Source: Candidatus Eiseniibacteriota bacterium
Lineage (GTDB): Bacteria; Eisenbacteria; RBG-16-71-46; CAIMUX01
Direction of reading: 5' to 3'
NCBI GenBank assembly: GCA_963833505.1
Contig: CAWHYG010000007.1
Span: 195,964 to 259,963, forward strand
DNA: 64,000 nt
Shown: positions 37,656-47,718 of the stretch, in pieces
Position numbering within the stretch: position 1 is the first letter of the stretch
Layout: each line of letters opens with the position of its first letter
Program-made: the position numbers and the translations under genes
The notes under the pieces: model-generated
The model's database searches: none
Told to the model about the DNA's origin: nothing
The model's input: the letters and a program-made list of their open reading frames with translations, nothing else

Positions 37656-38928
37656 AGCCCGCCGACCAGACCCGCAGGTATCCGTCTTCGAGGGGGCGCC
37701 GGCCGGCTCGAGAGCCAGGCTGAGCGTCCCCGTTCTCTTGCTGGCTCTCCTCGTCGCTCCGGCGCTGCGCGTCGCAGCGGCCTCGGGACCGCCCGGCTAT
37801 CCTCCGGTCGCCGACGCTCTGGCCCGCCTCAGCCGCGACCTGGAGCCGTCGGTCGTCCAGATCATCTCCTTCCGGCCGATCGGACCGTCCCCGCGAGACC
37901 TGGAGGGCGCCGGAAGCGTGTCGAGATTGGAACCGTCGCGCGAAACGCTCTGGGCCTCCGGAGTGGTCTTGGACGAGCAGGGGACGATTCTCACCTGCGC
38001 CGAAACCGCCCAGCCGGGTGACAGCCTCGAAATCCGCACCGCGGCGGGCCGGCGGTTCGGGGCTCGTTTCCTCGCGCTCGACGCTCCGCTGGGAGTGAGC
38101 CTGATCCAGGCGTCCGGCGCGGAAGGGCTGGCGCCGATCCGCCTGAGCGGTCCGGCGCCTTTCCGGAGAGGCTCGTCCGTGCTGGTGCTTCACTACGTGG
38201 CCGAGGGCCAGGAGCCCGTGCTCAAGCTCGGCGCGATGACCGCCCCGCCCGCCGGTCCGGGAGACCAGAACACGCACCTGAGACTGGCCCTGGCCGACTG
38301 CCACGGCGCGTGCGGAGGCGCGGTCGTCGATGCCGACGGCCACTTCTGCGGGATCGTGGTGGACATCCAGGCGGAAGCCGAGGCCCAGGGCGGCCAGGGC
38401 GAAGTCAGACAGCCGGCGGATCTGCTTGAATACGACGACGTGGGCGTTCTCTGCGCGGGGATGTTCCCGGATCTGGCCGCGCGTCTGGAGAACCAGGCCG
38501 AGCGGCGGTTCGGTTATCTGGGGGTGCAGGCCCGGGTGGGGGACGAGTTGAGCCGGGAGCCGGATCCGGCGGACTCCACTCGCGGGCCGATCTTCGTCAG
38601 CCGCGTGTTCCCGGGCAGCCCGGCCGAGGTCGCCGGATTCCTGCCAGGGGATCAGATTCTCGCCATCGACGGGCGGGAGGTCTCCGGGCGCGCCCAGGTG
38701 ATCCGGCAGCTAGCCGAGACGCCTCCCGGCAGCGAGATCCAGGTCAAGCTGCTTCGAAGAGGGGTTCCCCTTACGCTGTATCCCCGGGTCGGGGATCGCT
38801 CGTCTCTGGAGTGGATGCAGCGCGAAGACCAGCTCAACCAGATCCGGCAGAGGCGCATCCGGCGCACCATCCAGGAGCTGGAGATCCACCTCCATCAGAT
38901 CGAAGAGCCGAAGGTGGCGCAACGCTGA
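37624..38928 (+). CDS. trypsin-like (DegP/HtrA-like) periplasmic protein with C-terminal PDZ domain; catalytic motifs non-canonical
   Basis: ORF 37624..38928; signal peptide; PDZ motif IFVSRVFPGSPAEVAGFLPGDQILAIDGREV; protease-like core where the expected GNSGGP appears as GACGGA and the TNAH-type His motif as LTCAE. Confidence 0.65.
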   Translation: MPMAALKSPSRARRPDPQVSVFEGAPAGSRARLSVPVLLLALLVAPALRVAAASGPPGYPPVADALARLSRDLEPSVVQIISFRPIGPSPRDLEGAGSVSRLEPSRETLWASGVVLDEQGTILTCAETAQPGDSLEIRTAAGRRFGARFLALDAPLGVSLIQASGAEGLAPIRLSGPAPFRRGSSVLVLHYVAEGQEPVLKLGAMTAPPAGPGDQNTHLRLALADCHGACGGAVVDADGHFCGIVVDIQAEAEAQGGQGEVRQPADLLEYDDVGVLCAGMFPDLAARLENQAERRFGYLGVQARVGDELSREPDPADSTRGPIFVSRVFPGSPAEVAGFLPGDQILAIDGREVSGRAQVIRQLAETPPGSEIQVKLLRRGVPLTLYPRVGDRSSLEWMQREDQLNQIRQRRIRRTIQELEIHLHQIEEPKVAQR

Positions 38929-39127
38929 GCCGTCCTCCCGGCCTTGACCTCTGCCCGGCCCGATGCTGATGATTCTCCGGTGCCTCGCGACGGGCGATCA
39001 TGAATAATGCGGGCTGTTCTTCGGAACGTGTTGGACCGCCGCGCCCGGGAACTGGAGCGCGGGGGCGGGAAGAGGCTCGGCGAGCCCACATCGAGAGGTA
39101 GGGAACCGGCAGGCACGCCGCTGGGCG

Positions 39128-40255
39128 TTGCCGGGATGGCGCGGGCGCAACGGCGGCGGAGGCGGCGTGATCGAGATCCAAGTCAACCTGGGTGATCGGA
39201 GCTATCCGGTCCGCATCGGCCCCTGGCGGGATTGGGACCTGAGGTCGCTCGCGCGCGGCTGGTCCCGCTCTCCCTGGGTTCTGATCGCCGACCGGCGCGC
39301 CTGGGACGTCTGGTCGCGCGACGTCCTGTCCTGTTTCGGATCCGAACAGATCGACGTGCTCGTCGCGGAACTGGACGGCGGGGAACCGGCCAAGTCCCAC
39401 GATGCGCTTTTCCGGATCTACGACCACCTCGTCCAGCACAACGTCCATCGGGACGGGACCCTCGCCGTGTTCGGCGGGGGAGTGCTGGGCGATCTGGCCG
39501 GATTCGCGGCCGCGACCTGGCAGCGCGGAATCCGATTCGTGCAGATTCCGACGACGCTCCTGGCGCAGGTCGATTCCAGCGTCGGCGGAAAGACGGGACT
39601 GAACTACGGCCGGACGAAAAACGTGATCGGGACCTTCTATCAACCCGCAGCCGTGCTGATCTCGCCGGAGTGGCTGAACAGCCTGCCTCCCCGTGAGTTT
39701 CGGGCCGGGATTGCCGAGGTGATCAAGTGCGCGGTCATCCGGGATCCCGAGCTGCTCCGGATCCTGGAGGATGAGGAACCCGACCGTCTGGCCCGTTCCC
39801 TGGTCCTGGAAGAGATCCTGGCGCGCGCGCTCGTCGTCAAGGCCCGGATCGTCGAGCAGGACGAACGCGACCACGGGCTCCGGAACATCCTCAACTTCGG
39901 GCACACCATCGGGCACGCCCTCGAGGCGGCCTCCGGATTCACGCAGCTCCTGCACGGCGAAGCCGTCTCCCTGGGCATGGTGGCGGCGCTCCACCTCTCG
40001 GTGGACGCGGCCGGGCTTCCGCCCGCCGACCTCTTGCGCATCGAGCGTCTCCTCGCGCGCCACGGCCTCCCGATCCGGGTGGACGGCATCGATCCGGCCT
40101 CGGCGCGCGAACGTCTCAAGGTCGACAAGAAGGTTCGAAGCGACGCCCAGGTGTGGGTGTTGACAGAGAGACTGGGCACGGCTACCGTCACGACCCGAGT
40201 TCCCGCCGACCAGGTCGACGCGGCGGTGTCCTACATCTTCGAGCGGGGATCCTGA
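39128..40255 (+). CDS. aroB: 3-dehydroquinate synthase
   Basis: ORF 39128..40255; LAVFGGGVLGDLAGFAAATWQRGIRFVQIPTTLLAQVDSSVGGKTGLN and NFGHTIGHALE motifs; alternative GTG start at ~39167. Confidence 0.9.
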   Translation: MPGWRGRNGGGGGVIEIQVNLGDRSYPVRIGPWRDWDLRSLARGWSRSPWVLIADRRAWDVWSRDVLSCFGSEQIDVLVAELDGGEPAKSHDALFRIYDHLVQHNVHRDGTLAVFGGGVLGDLAGFAAATWQRGIRFVQIPTTLLAQVDSSVGGKTGLNYGRTKNVIGTFYQPAAVLISPEWLNSLPPREFRAGIAEVIKCAVIRDPELLRILEDEEPDRLARSLVLEEILARALVVKARIVEQDERDHGLRNILNFGHTIGHALEAASGFTQLLHGEAVSLGMVAALHLSVDAAGLPPADLLRIERLLARHGLPIRVDGIDPASARERLKVDKKVRSDAQVWVLTERLGTATVTTRVPADQVDAAVSYIFERGS

Positions 40256-40695
40256 TGCCAAGACGCCTCCTCGTACTGCACGGGCCGAATCTGAACCTGC
40301 TGGGAGAGCGGGAGCCGCAGATCTACGGAACGCGGACTCTCGAATCCATCAATCAGGATCTCGAATCGGAGGCGGCGAGGCTGGGTTGCGAGCTCGCCGC
40401 GTTTCAATCGAATCATGAGGGAGAGCTGATCGATCGCCTGCAGCGGGCCCGGACCGAGGTGGACGGCGTCATTCTGAACCCGGGCGGACTGAGTCACACG
40501 AGCGTCAGCCTGAGGGACGCGGTGGCGGCTCTCGGCCTGCCGGTGATCGAGGTCCATCTAAGCAATCCGGCTGCGCGCGAGGCGTTCCGCCGTAGAGACC
40601 TGATCGCGCCCGTGTGCTCCGGATTGATCCAGGGACTCGGCCCGACCGGATATCTGGCCGCCCTCTGGGCGCTCAATGCTCTCCTCAAGGGCTGA
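40255..40695 (+). CDS. aroQ: type II 3-dehydroquinate dehydratase
   Basis: In-frame ATG (residue 35 of ORF 40153..40695): MPRRLLVLHGPNLNLLGEREPQIYG ... INPGGLSHTSVSLRDA; TGATG overlap with aroB. Confidence 0.9.
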   Translation: MPRRLLVLHGPNLNLLGEREPQIYGTRTLESINQDLESEAARLGCELAAFQSNHEGELIDRLQRARTEVDGVILNPGGLSHTSVSLRDAVAALGLPVIEVHLSNPAAREAFRRRDLIAPVCSGLIQGLGPTGYLAALWALNALLKG

Positions 40696-40808
40696 ACGGG
40701 GTCTCGTGACCGCCGATCGGCCCGCTTCTTGTCCCAGGCTGATGGCGCTGTCGGAAACGGCGCCGGGGCCCTTTCCGCCCGGGCCGCGGATGACTGGAGA
40801 GAGTTCCC

Positions 40809-41315
<507 letters not shown>

Positions 41316-41320
41316 GCGGA

Positions 41321-41350
41321 CGCGGCGGGGCCTGCAAGGCCGCGCCGCCG
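41321..41350 (+). terminator. GC-rich hairpin downstream of accB (terminator-like)
   Basis: gcggcggggcc-tgcaa-ggccgcgccgc, ~8 nt after the accB stop; no clear U-tract. Confidence 0.35.
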
Positions 41351-41506
41351 GCGAGAAGTCAAGGGGGTCCTCTTCCCGGCGCGCTACGCCGGCGCTCCGA
41401 CGTTCCGATCGAACGGCGGCCCTTCTGCCGAGGCCGTGCGCCGGCGTTCCGATCGGCAGGCCGCTCTCTTGATGAGGCCGCGCCCCGGCAGGTGTCCGGC
41501 GAAAGG

Positions 41507-42727
41507 ATGGCGATGGATTTCCGCCGCGTTCTCGAGATCGTCCTCGATCGGAAGGCGAGCGACCTCCACCTCAAGGTGGGAACCCGGCCGCAGATCCGGG
41601 TGGACGGCAGGATCGAGAGCGTCGATGAGCCCCCGCCCACCGTGAAGGAGATGGAAGGCTTCGCCGACATGCTCCTCACGCCGGCCCAGAAGCAGGAGCT
41701 GGCGCAGAAGCGGGAGATCGACTTCGCGATCGGAGTTCCCGGCCTGGCTCGATTCCGGGCCAACGTCTACTACCAGCGGGGGACGATGGCGGTCGTGCTC
41801 CGGCACGTCCCCCTCGGCGTCCCCGCCTTTGAAGAGCTGAATCTTCCGCCCCAGGTGGAGAAGCTCGCGCTCTCTCCCCGCGGCCTCGTCCTGGTCACGG
41901 GCACGGTCGGCAGCGGCAAGTCCACGACGCTGGCTTCGATGATCGATTCGATCAACCGCCGGATCGCGCGCTCCATCATCACGGTGGAAGACCCGGTCGA
42001 GTTTCTCCATCGCGACGACAAGTGCGTGATCAGCCAGCGCGAGGTCGGCCTCGACACCTTGAGCTACGCCGACGCGCTCCGGCACATCCTGAGGCAGGAT
42101 CCCGATGTCATCCTGCTCGGCGAAATCCGGGACCGGGAGACCATGTCGACGGCGCTCATGGCCGCGGACACCGGCCATTCGGTGCTCTCCACCCTGCACA
42201 CGGTGGACGCAGCCCAGACGGTGAACCGCATTCTCTCGTTCTATCCGCCCCACCAGCACGAGGAGATCCGCTACCTTCTCGCCTCCACGCTGCGGGCGGT
42301 GGTGTCGCTGCGGCTGATTCCCAAGGCCGGAGGTTCCGGCCGGGTGCCCGCCGCGGAGATCCTGGTCAACACTCCGACCATCCGGGACTATCTGATGTCC
42401 GCGGACAAGACGCATTCGATACGCTCGGCGATCCAGGAGGGTGCCACGCAGTACGGGATGCAGTCCTTCGATCAGTCCTTGATGCGTCTCTATCGGCGCG
42501 GTTTGATCACGCAGGAGGAGGCGGTGCGGAACTCGTCGACTCCGACCGAGTTCGAGCTGCGGATCCGGGGCATCCAGGCTTCCAGCGACACGAGCTGGGA
42601 CGTGTTCGAGGAGGGGCCCGCCGGTCCGATTCCCTCGGAAGAGCCGGGCTCGGCCGGCGGCAGCGAAGAGCGCGCCCCGGTCGCGCGGGAGCCGGCCGCG
42701 GGGCCCGGAGGCGTGGTGCGGTATTGA
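41507..42727 (+). CDS. pilT: type IV pilus twitching-motility ATPase PilT/PilU family
   Basis: In-frame ATG (residue 209 of ORF 40883..42727): Walker [41 protein letters not shown] motifs. Confidence 0.9.
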   Translation: MAMDFRRVLEIVLDRKASDLHLKVGTRPQIRVDGRIESVDEPPPTVKEMEGFADMLLTPAQKQELAQKREIDFAIGVPGLARFRANVYYQRGTMAVVLRHVPLGVPAFEELNLPPQVEKLALSPRGLVLVTGTVGSGKSTTLASMIDSINRRIARSIITVEDPVEFLHRDDKCVISQREVGLDTLSYADALRHILRQDPDVILLGEIRDRETMSTALMAADTGHSVLSTLHTVDAAQTVNRILSFYPPHQHEEIRYLLASTLRAVVSLRLIPKAGGSGRVPAAEILVNTPTIRDYLMSADKTHSIRSAIQEGATQYGMQSFDQSLMRLYRRGLITQEEAVRNSSTPTEFELRIRGIQASSDTSWDVFEEGPAGPIPSEEPGSAGGSEERAPVAREPAAGPGGVVRY

Positions 42728-42810
42728 AGCGTTCCGGTCGCGACGCGACCGACGTTCCCACGACCCGGGCGGCGGATCGGTTCCGGGAAGGGGCAGAGCG
42801 CAGGAGGCGC

Positions 42811-44232
42811 ATGTTCACGAAGATTCTGGTCGCCAATCGGGGCGAGATCGCGGTGCGGATCATCCGCGCCTGCCAGGAACTGGGCGTGGCCACCGTCGCC
42901 GTCTACTCGGACGCGGACCGGGATTCCCTCCACGTGCGCATGGCGGACGAAGGCATCTGCATCGGTCCGGCGCCGAGCCGGGAAAGCTATCTCAACGTGA
43001 CCCGCGTCATGAGCGCGGCCCAGATCTCCAACGCCGACGCGATCCATCCCGGATACGGGTTCCTGGCGGAGAATCATCAGTTCGCCGAGGCGGTCGAGAC
43101 TTCCGGCCTGACCTTCATCGGGCCGGCGCCCGAGTCGATCCGCGTCATGGGCGACAAGAGCATCGCCAAGGCGACGATGAAGGCGGCGGGAGTGCCGGTG
43201 GTTCCGGGCAGCGAAGGAACCGTCGACGATGTGGCCGTCGCCCTGGTCCTGGCGGAACGCATTGGATACCCCATCATCCTCAAGGCCAAGGACGGCGGCG
43301 GCGGAAAGGGCATGCGCGTGGTCTCGGCTCCGGAGGAGCTGGAGCGCCAGTACCAGACGGCGCAGAACGAAGCAGCGGCCGCGTTCGGCAACGGCGCCCT
43401 CTACCTGGAGAAGTACCTGCGCGCTCCCCGGCACATCGAGATCCAGCTCGCGGGGGACACGGCCGGACGCGTGGTCCACTTCTTCGAACGGGATTGTTCG
43501 ATCCAGCGGCGGCATCAGAAGCTGCTCGAAGAGACTCCCAGCCCGGGGCTGAATCTGCAGACGCGCGAGGCCATGGGTCGGGTGGCCTGCGAGGGGGCGG
43601 GCGCCATCGGCTACCGGGGCCTGGGCACGATGGAGTTCCTGCTCGACCAGGACGGCTCCTACTACTTCATGGAGATGAACACCCGGCTCCAGGTGGAGCA
43701 TCCGGTGACGGAAATGGTCACGGGCATCGACCTCGTCAAGTTGCAGATCCGGATCGCCGCGGGCGAGCCGATTCCCTTCGGCCAGTCGGACATCGTGCAG
43801 CGGGGACACGCCATCGAATGCCGGATCAACGCGGAATCGCCGCACCAGGGGTTCCGTCCCTGCCCCGGCACCGTGACCGGTTTCCACATCTCGGGAGGCT
43901 TCGGCATCCGGCTCGACAGCCATGTCTACGCGGGTTACGCCATCCCGCCGCACTACGACTCCATGATCGCGAAGCTCATCGCTCACGGGCGCGACCGGGA
44001 AGAGGCCGTCGCCCGGATGTCGCGGGCTCTCCGGGAGTCGGTCATCGAGGGCATCGACACCACTATTCCCTACCATCGGGCGATCCTGTCCGACCCGGAC
44101 TTCCTGGCCGGCCGGTTCGACACCCGTTTCGTCGAGCTGCATAAACTGACATCCGAGCGCGAAGGCGGCGCCGGCGCGTCCGCGCCTCGATCCGAGGCCC
44201 AGGCGGCGCCGCGGGCCTCCGGAACGGCATGA
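42811..44232 (+). CDS. accC: acetyl-CoA carboxylase biotin carboxylase subunit
   Basis: In-frame ATG (residue 264 of ORF 42022..44232): [20 protein letters not shown] ... [20 protein letters not shown] ... [14 protein letters not shown]. Confidence 0.95.
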   Translation: MFTKILVANRGEIAVRIIRACQELGVATVAVYSDADRDSLHVRMADEGICIGPAPSRESYLNVTRVMSAAQISNADAIHPGYGFLAENHQFAEAVETSGLTFIGPAPESIRVMGDKSIAKATMKAAGVPVVPGSEGTVDDVAVALVLAERIGYPIILKAKDGGGGKGMRVVSAPEELERQYQTAQNEAAAAFGNGALYLEKYLRAPRHIEIQLAGDTAGRVVHFFERDCSIQRRHQKLLEETPSPGLNLQTREAMGRVACEGAGAIGYRGLGTMEFLLDQDGSYYFMEMNTRLQVEHPVTEMVTGIDLVKLQIRIAAGEPIPFGQSDIVQRGHAIECRINAESPHQGFRPCPGTVTGFHISGGFGIRLDSHVYAGYAIPPHYDSMIAKLIAHGRDREEAVARMSRALRESVIEGIDTTIPYHRAILSDPDFLAGRFDTRFVELHKLTSEREGGAGASAPRSEAQAAPRASGTA

Positions 44233-44284
44233 ACCCCACCCGGAGCGGATCCAGGATCCGCGCCGGCCCGGAGTTGAACGCACC

Positions 44285-45079
44285 ATGAAGATTGAGCTTC
44301 TGTTGACCGGCGGGGAGGTTCCTGATTTCCACGCCAAGGGGAGGCGCATCGTGCTGGTGGACGTGCTGCGCGCCGGCACCAGCCTGGCGGTCGCCCTCGA
44401 ATCCGGCGCCGAACGCATCGTGCCCGCGGAGTCGGTTGAAGCGGCCAAGAAGCTGCTGGCGCTGCTGGATCGAAAGAGCACGCTTCTGGCGGGGGAGATG
44501 GACGGAGCCAAGCTTCCGGGCTTCGACCTGGGCAACTCGCCCGGCGAGTTCCGCGACGCCCAGATCGCGGGCAAGACCATCGTCTTCAGCTCCAGCGATG
44601 GAGCGCCGCTCATGGCGCGGATGTGGGACGCGGCCGAGATGCCCCTGCTTTCGTTCGTGAACATCCAGGCCGTGACCGACTATCTGCTGGCCATGGAGGA
44701 GACCGACCTCTCGGTGATCTGCGCGGGCCGGGAAGGCCGCTTCAGCATGGAGGATGCGGTCTGCGCCGGCATGCTCTGCGAGCGGCTCGCCGGGAAGTCG
44801 TCGGATCTCGAGACCAATGACGCGGGCCGGGCCGCCCTGTTGCTCTACCGGGCCCGCGCCGCCGATCTGACCGAAGTGCTGCGGACCTGCTCGAGCGGGC
44901 TTTTCCTCAAGAGCCTGGGGCTGGAGGCGGATCTGGACGAGGCCGCCCGCGTCGACTCGATCCGGCTGGTGCCGGTGGTTCGCGAGGGACGGATCACGGC
45001 GATTCGCCCGCCCTGGCCGGCGCCCGCCGTGGACCCGCCGGTCAGTGGGTCACCTTCCAGAAGAGCAGCCCGCCGATAG
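44285..45079 (+). CDS. 2-phosphosulfolactate phosphatase (ComB) family protein
   Basis: ORF 44285..45079; resemblance to the ComB family (VLVDVLRAGTS ... SSDGAPL ... AGREGRFSMEDAVCAG); assignment from memory, moderate. Confidence 0.6.
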   Translation: MKIELLLTGGEVPDFHAKGRRIVLVDVLRAGTSLAVALESGAERIVPAESVEAAKKLLALLDRKSTLLAGEMDGAKLPGFDLGNSPGEFRDAQIAGKTIVFSSSDGAPLMARMWDAAEMPLLSFVNIQAVTDYLLAMEETDLSVICAGREGRFSMEDAVCAGMLCERLAGKSSDLETNDAGRAALLLYRARAADLTEVLRTCSSGLFLKSLGLEADLDEAARVDSIRLVPVVREGRITAIRPPWPAPAVDPPVSGSPSRRAARR

Positions 45080-46151
45080 CTCCGAAGACCAGATTCCCGA
45101 GCCAGGCCGCCAGCATCGGGGGAAGATCCCCGTTGTACCCCAGCGCCTGGCCGACTCGGATGAAGGAGAAGTAGGCGAACCCCACCGAGACGCTGATGCC
45201 GAATCCCAGCGCCAGGTTGCCGCCCCGGACCACCCGGAGGGACAGGGCGGTCCCGAGCAGGACCATGATCAGGTTGGCCAGGGGGAACGAGGCGCGGAGA
45301 TGGAAGTTCGTCATGTGCTTCTGAACGCCCCCGCCGCTTTCCCGCACCCGCCGCGCGAAGGCGAGCAGGTTCTTCATGCTCATGTGAAAGGGATCCTCGT
45401 TCAAGCGGGCGAAGTCTCCCGGCACCTCCGCCAGCGAGCTGTTGCCGTAGTACTGGAAGTGGAGGACGGTCTCGGAGGAATCGCGGAAGGACCGGTCGTA
45501 GCCGCGAAAGAAGCGCCAGGTCCCTTGCAGGTACTCGGCCGACTCCGCGTCGATCCTCCGGCGGATCTCCGGCCGTTGGATGAACTGGAGGGAGACGCCG
45601 CGAAGGGCCTGGGCTCCCGCGTCGTAGTACTGGGCCACGTAGAAGCGCCTCTGGGCGCCCAGGAACCGGACCTCGGTCTGGCTCTCGCGGTCGGCGTCGG
45701 ACTGCTTTCGGATCTCCTCGGAGAGAATGCGCTGCTGTCGCGCGTAGCTCGACGGACCGATGGCTTCGTTCATGACGTACTGGCCGATCGAGACCAGGAG
45801 GGCGGTCAGGAGCAGCGGCCGGGCCAGGCGCCATGGGCTTTCTCCCGCTCCCTGCATGGCGGTGACCTCGTTGTTCTTCCGGAGCGCGCTCAATCCCAAG
45901 AGGGCGCCGAGCAGAAGCGCCAGGGGCAGCACCTCGGTCAGGGTGGTGGGCAGCCCGTTGCCGTAGTAGCGGAGGACCATGAGAGGCGTGGCGTGGTTGT
46001 CCACGAAGACGTCGAGCTTCTCGAAGAGGTCGACGATGATGAACAGGCCGACGAAGCTGACCAGCCCGAGGAGGGAGTAGCCCAGGAACTCCCGGAGCAG
46101 GTATCGGTCGAGGATTCTCACGCCGATCCTTCCGCCGCCGCCCCGTCTCAT
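45042..46151 (-). CDS. LptF/LptG-family LPS export permease (YjgP/YjgQ)
   Basis: Second half of ORF 45042..47522; starts MRRGGGGRIGVRILDRYLLREFLG (ATGA overlap with upstream stop); N-terminal TM helices, periplasmic domain, C-terminal TM helices. Confidence 0.75.
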   Translation of the reverse strand: MRRGGGGRIGVRILDRYLLREFLGYSLLGLVSFVGLFIIVDLFEKLDVFVDNHATPLMVLRYYGNGLPTTLTEVLPLALLLGALLGLSALRKNNEVTAMQGAGESPWRLARPLLLTALLVSIGQYVMNEAIGPSSYARQQRILSEEIRKQSDADRESQTEVRFLGAQRRFYVAQYYDAGAQALRGVSLQFIQRPEIRRRIDAESAEYLQGTWRFFRGYDRSFRDSSETVLHFQYYGNSSLAEVPGDFARLNEDPFHMSMKNLLAFARRVRESGGGVQKHMTNFHLRASFPLANLIMVLLGTALSLRVVRGGNLALGFGISVSVGFAYFSFIRVGQALGYNGDLPPMLAAWLGNLVFGAIGGLLFWKVTH

Positions 46152-47522
46152 ATCGACCGGGCCCGCGCGCGGCGGGCCGGCTGGCCCGAAGTGATGGCCC
46201 GGGCCGTCAGGTAGAGACCGAGGAGGCCGAGGACGATGTTCGGAAGCCACATCGCCAGCCAGGGGGAGATGATCAGGCGGTCGGCCAGTTGCTCGCCTCC
46301 GACCAGGCAAAGGTAGTAGAACAGGAAGAAGACCACGCTGAAGAACGCCGCCGCCATCCCTCCGCGCCGGGCCATGGTTCCGAGCGGGGCGCCCACGAGA
46401 ACGAACACGATGCAGGCGACCGGAATCGAGAGCTTCTTCTGGATCTCGACCCGGTAGCTGCTGATCTGGCGTTTGACCGAGCTGATCTCGTCCATTCTGG
46501 GATCGGATCTTCTCGGCCTCGAGCTTCTGCTCCGACGTCCAGCTCGGGGGAGCGCCGGAAGGCACGGCGGGAGCACGGTGGCGGAGGGCGCCGAGCAGGA
46601 CGGCCGCTTGGAGGAGGGGAACGGGATAGACCCGATTCAGGTCGGCCAGGCTCTTGACCGGAAGTTTCGTCATCTCCTGCCGGATGAGCGTGTCCTGCCG
46701 CGCCTGCTCGGTCCGGAGCGTGCGCACGGCGGCCTCCATGGCCGGGATCGACATCTCCCGCTGGCCGCGCTGATGTTCCATCGTGGTCCGGAACTGATCG
46801 GTCGGGTCGCTGATGTTGAGGGTCTGGGCGTCGAAACGGAGCCGCCGATACTCGCCCGTCGTCGAGGTCGGATCGGCCTCGTGGATCTCGCCGTCCACGA
46901 GGTCCAGCGTGAGCGAGTTCGTGTCCGCGCGGAACCGGAGCGTACCGGTGCGCGCCAGGATGGTCCTCGGCGAGATCGGATGGGTTCTCCCGTCCAGGAT
47001 GAGCACATCCCGCATCGCTCCGGTGGCGTCGTCCAGGTGGCCGATCCAGAGGTCGTACCCCCGGAAGTCGGTGATCATCACCCCCTCGCGGATCTGGGCG
47101 GTCGGGTGCTTCCGGGAGACGTCGCTCAAGGTCTGCGAGTATCCGTAGTTCATGTCGGGCAGGATGTAGTTGTTGAAGAGCGCCAGCACCCCGGCCACAA
47201 TCACGGAAGCTGCAAGCGCCGGGCGCAGCACGGTCATGAGGTGGACGCCGCTGGCCCGGATCGCGATGATCTCGTTGTCCTGGCTAAGGCGGCCGAAGGT
47301 CATCAGGACGGAGACCAGGACTCCGCAAGGCACGGAGAGGGCGACCATCCAGCCGAGGGCCAGGACGAAGAGCTTGAGGACGATCCAGGCGCCGACGCCC
47401 TTGACGATGAGGAGCTCCAGAAGGTCCAGGAGCATGTCGATCGTCAGGAGAAAGGTCACGAAGCCGAACCCGATGAAGAACGGCCCGACCAGGGATCGGG
47501 CCACATAGCGTTTCAGGATCAT
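46148..47522 (-). CDS. LptF/LptG-family LPS export permease (apparent frameshift ~46500-46600)
   Basis: N-terminal 300 aa in the frame of ORF 45042..47522 (MILKRYVARSLVGPFFIGFGF ...); C-terminal TM region in the frame of ORF 46148..46576 (EIQKKLSIPVACIVFVLVGAPLG ... LGLLGLYL); a G5 run at 46546-46550 lies in the switch region. Confidence 0.7.
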
Positions 47523-47718
47523 CCGTGCCTTTTTTCCATCTTCGGGGGCCCGGCGCCCCCCCGATGCCGCCCGAGACGGGCGACCTCCCTGTTCGAACCC
47601 CTCAGCATCATACCCGCTCCCGGCCGAACTTGTCCCGGTCCCAGGAGTATAAGCGGGTAGTACGGGGAGACCGCGAGGTTCGAAATCTCGCCGCTGGAAT
47701 GCGGCGCCCTGGAGTGTC

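Noticed and set aside
38990-39095. Small AT-containing ORF (MNNAGCS...) upstream of aroB
   Set aside because: 33 codons, no RBS or conservation evidence; more likely promoter/leader sequence for aroB.
42490-44664. 724-aa minus-strand ORF antisense to accC
   Set aside because: accC on the + strand is highly conserved; the antisense ORF is spurious.
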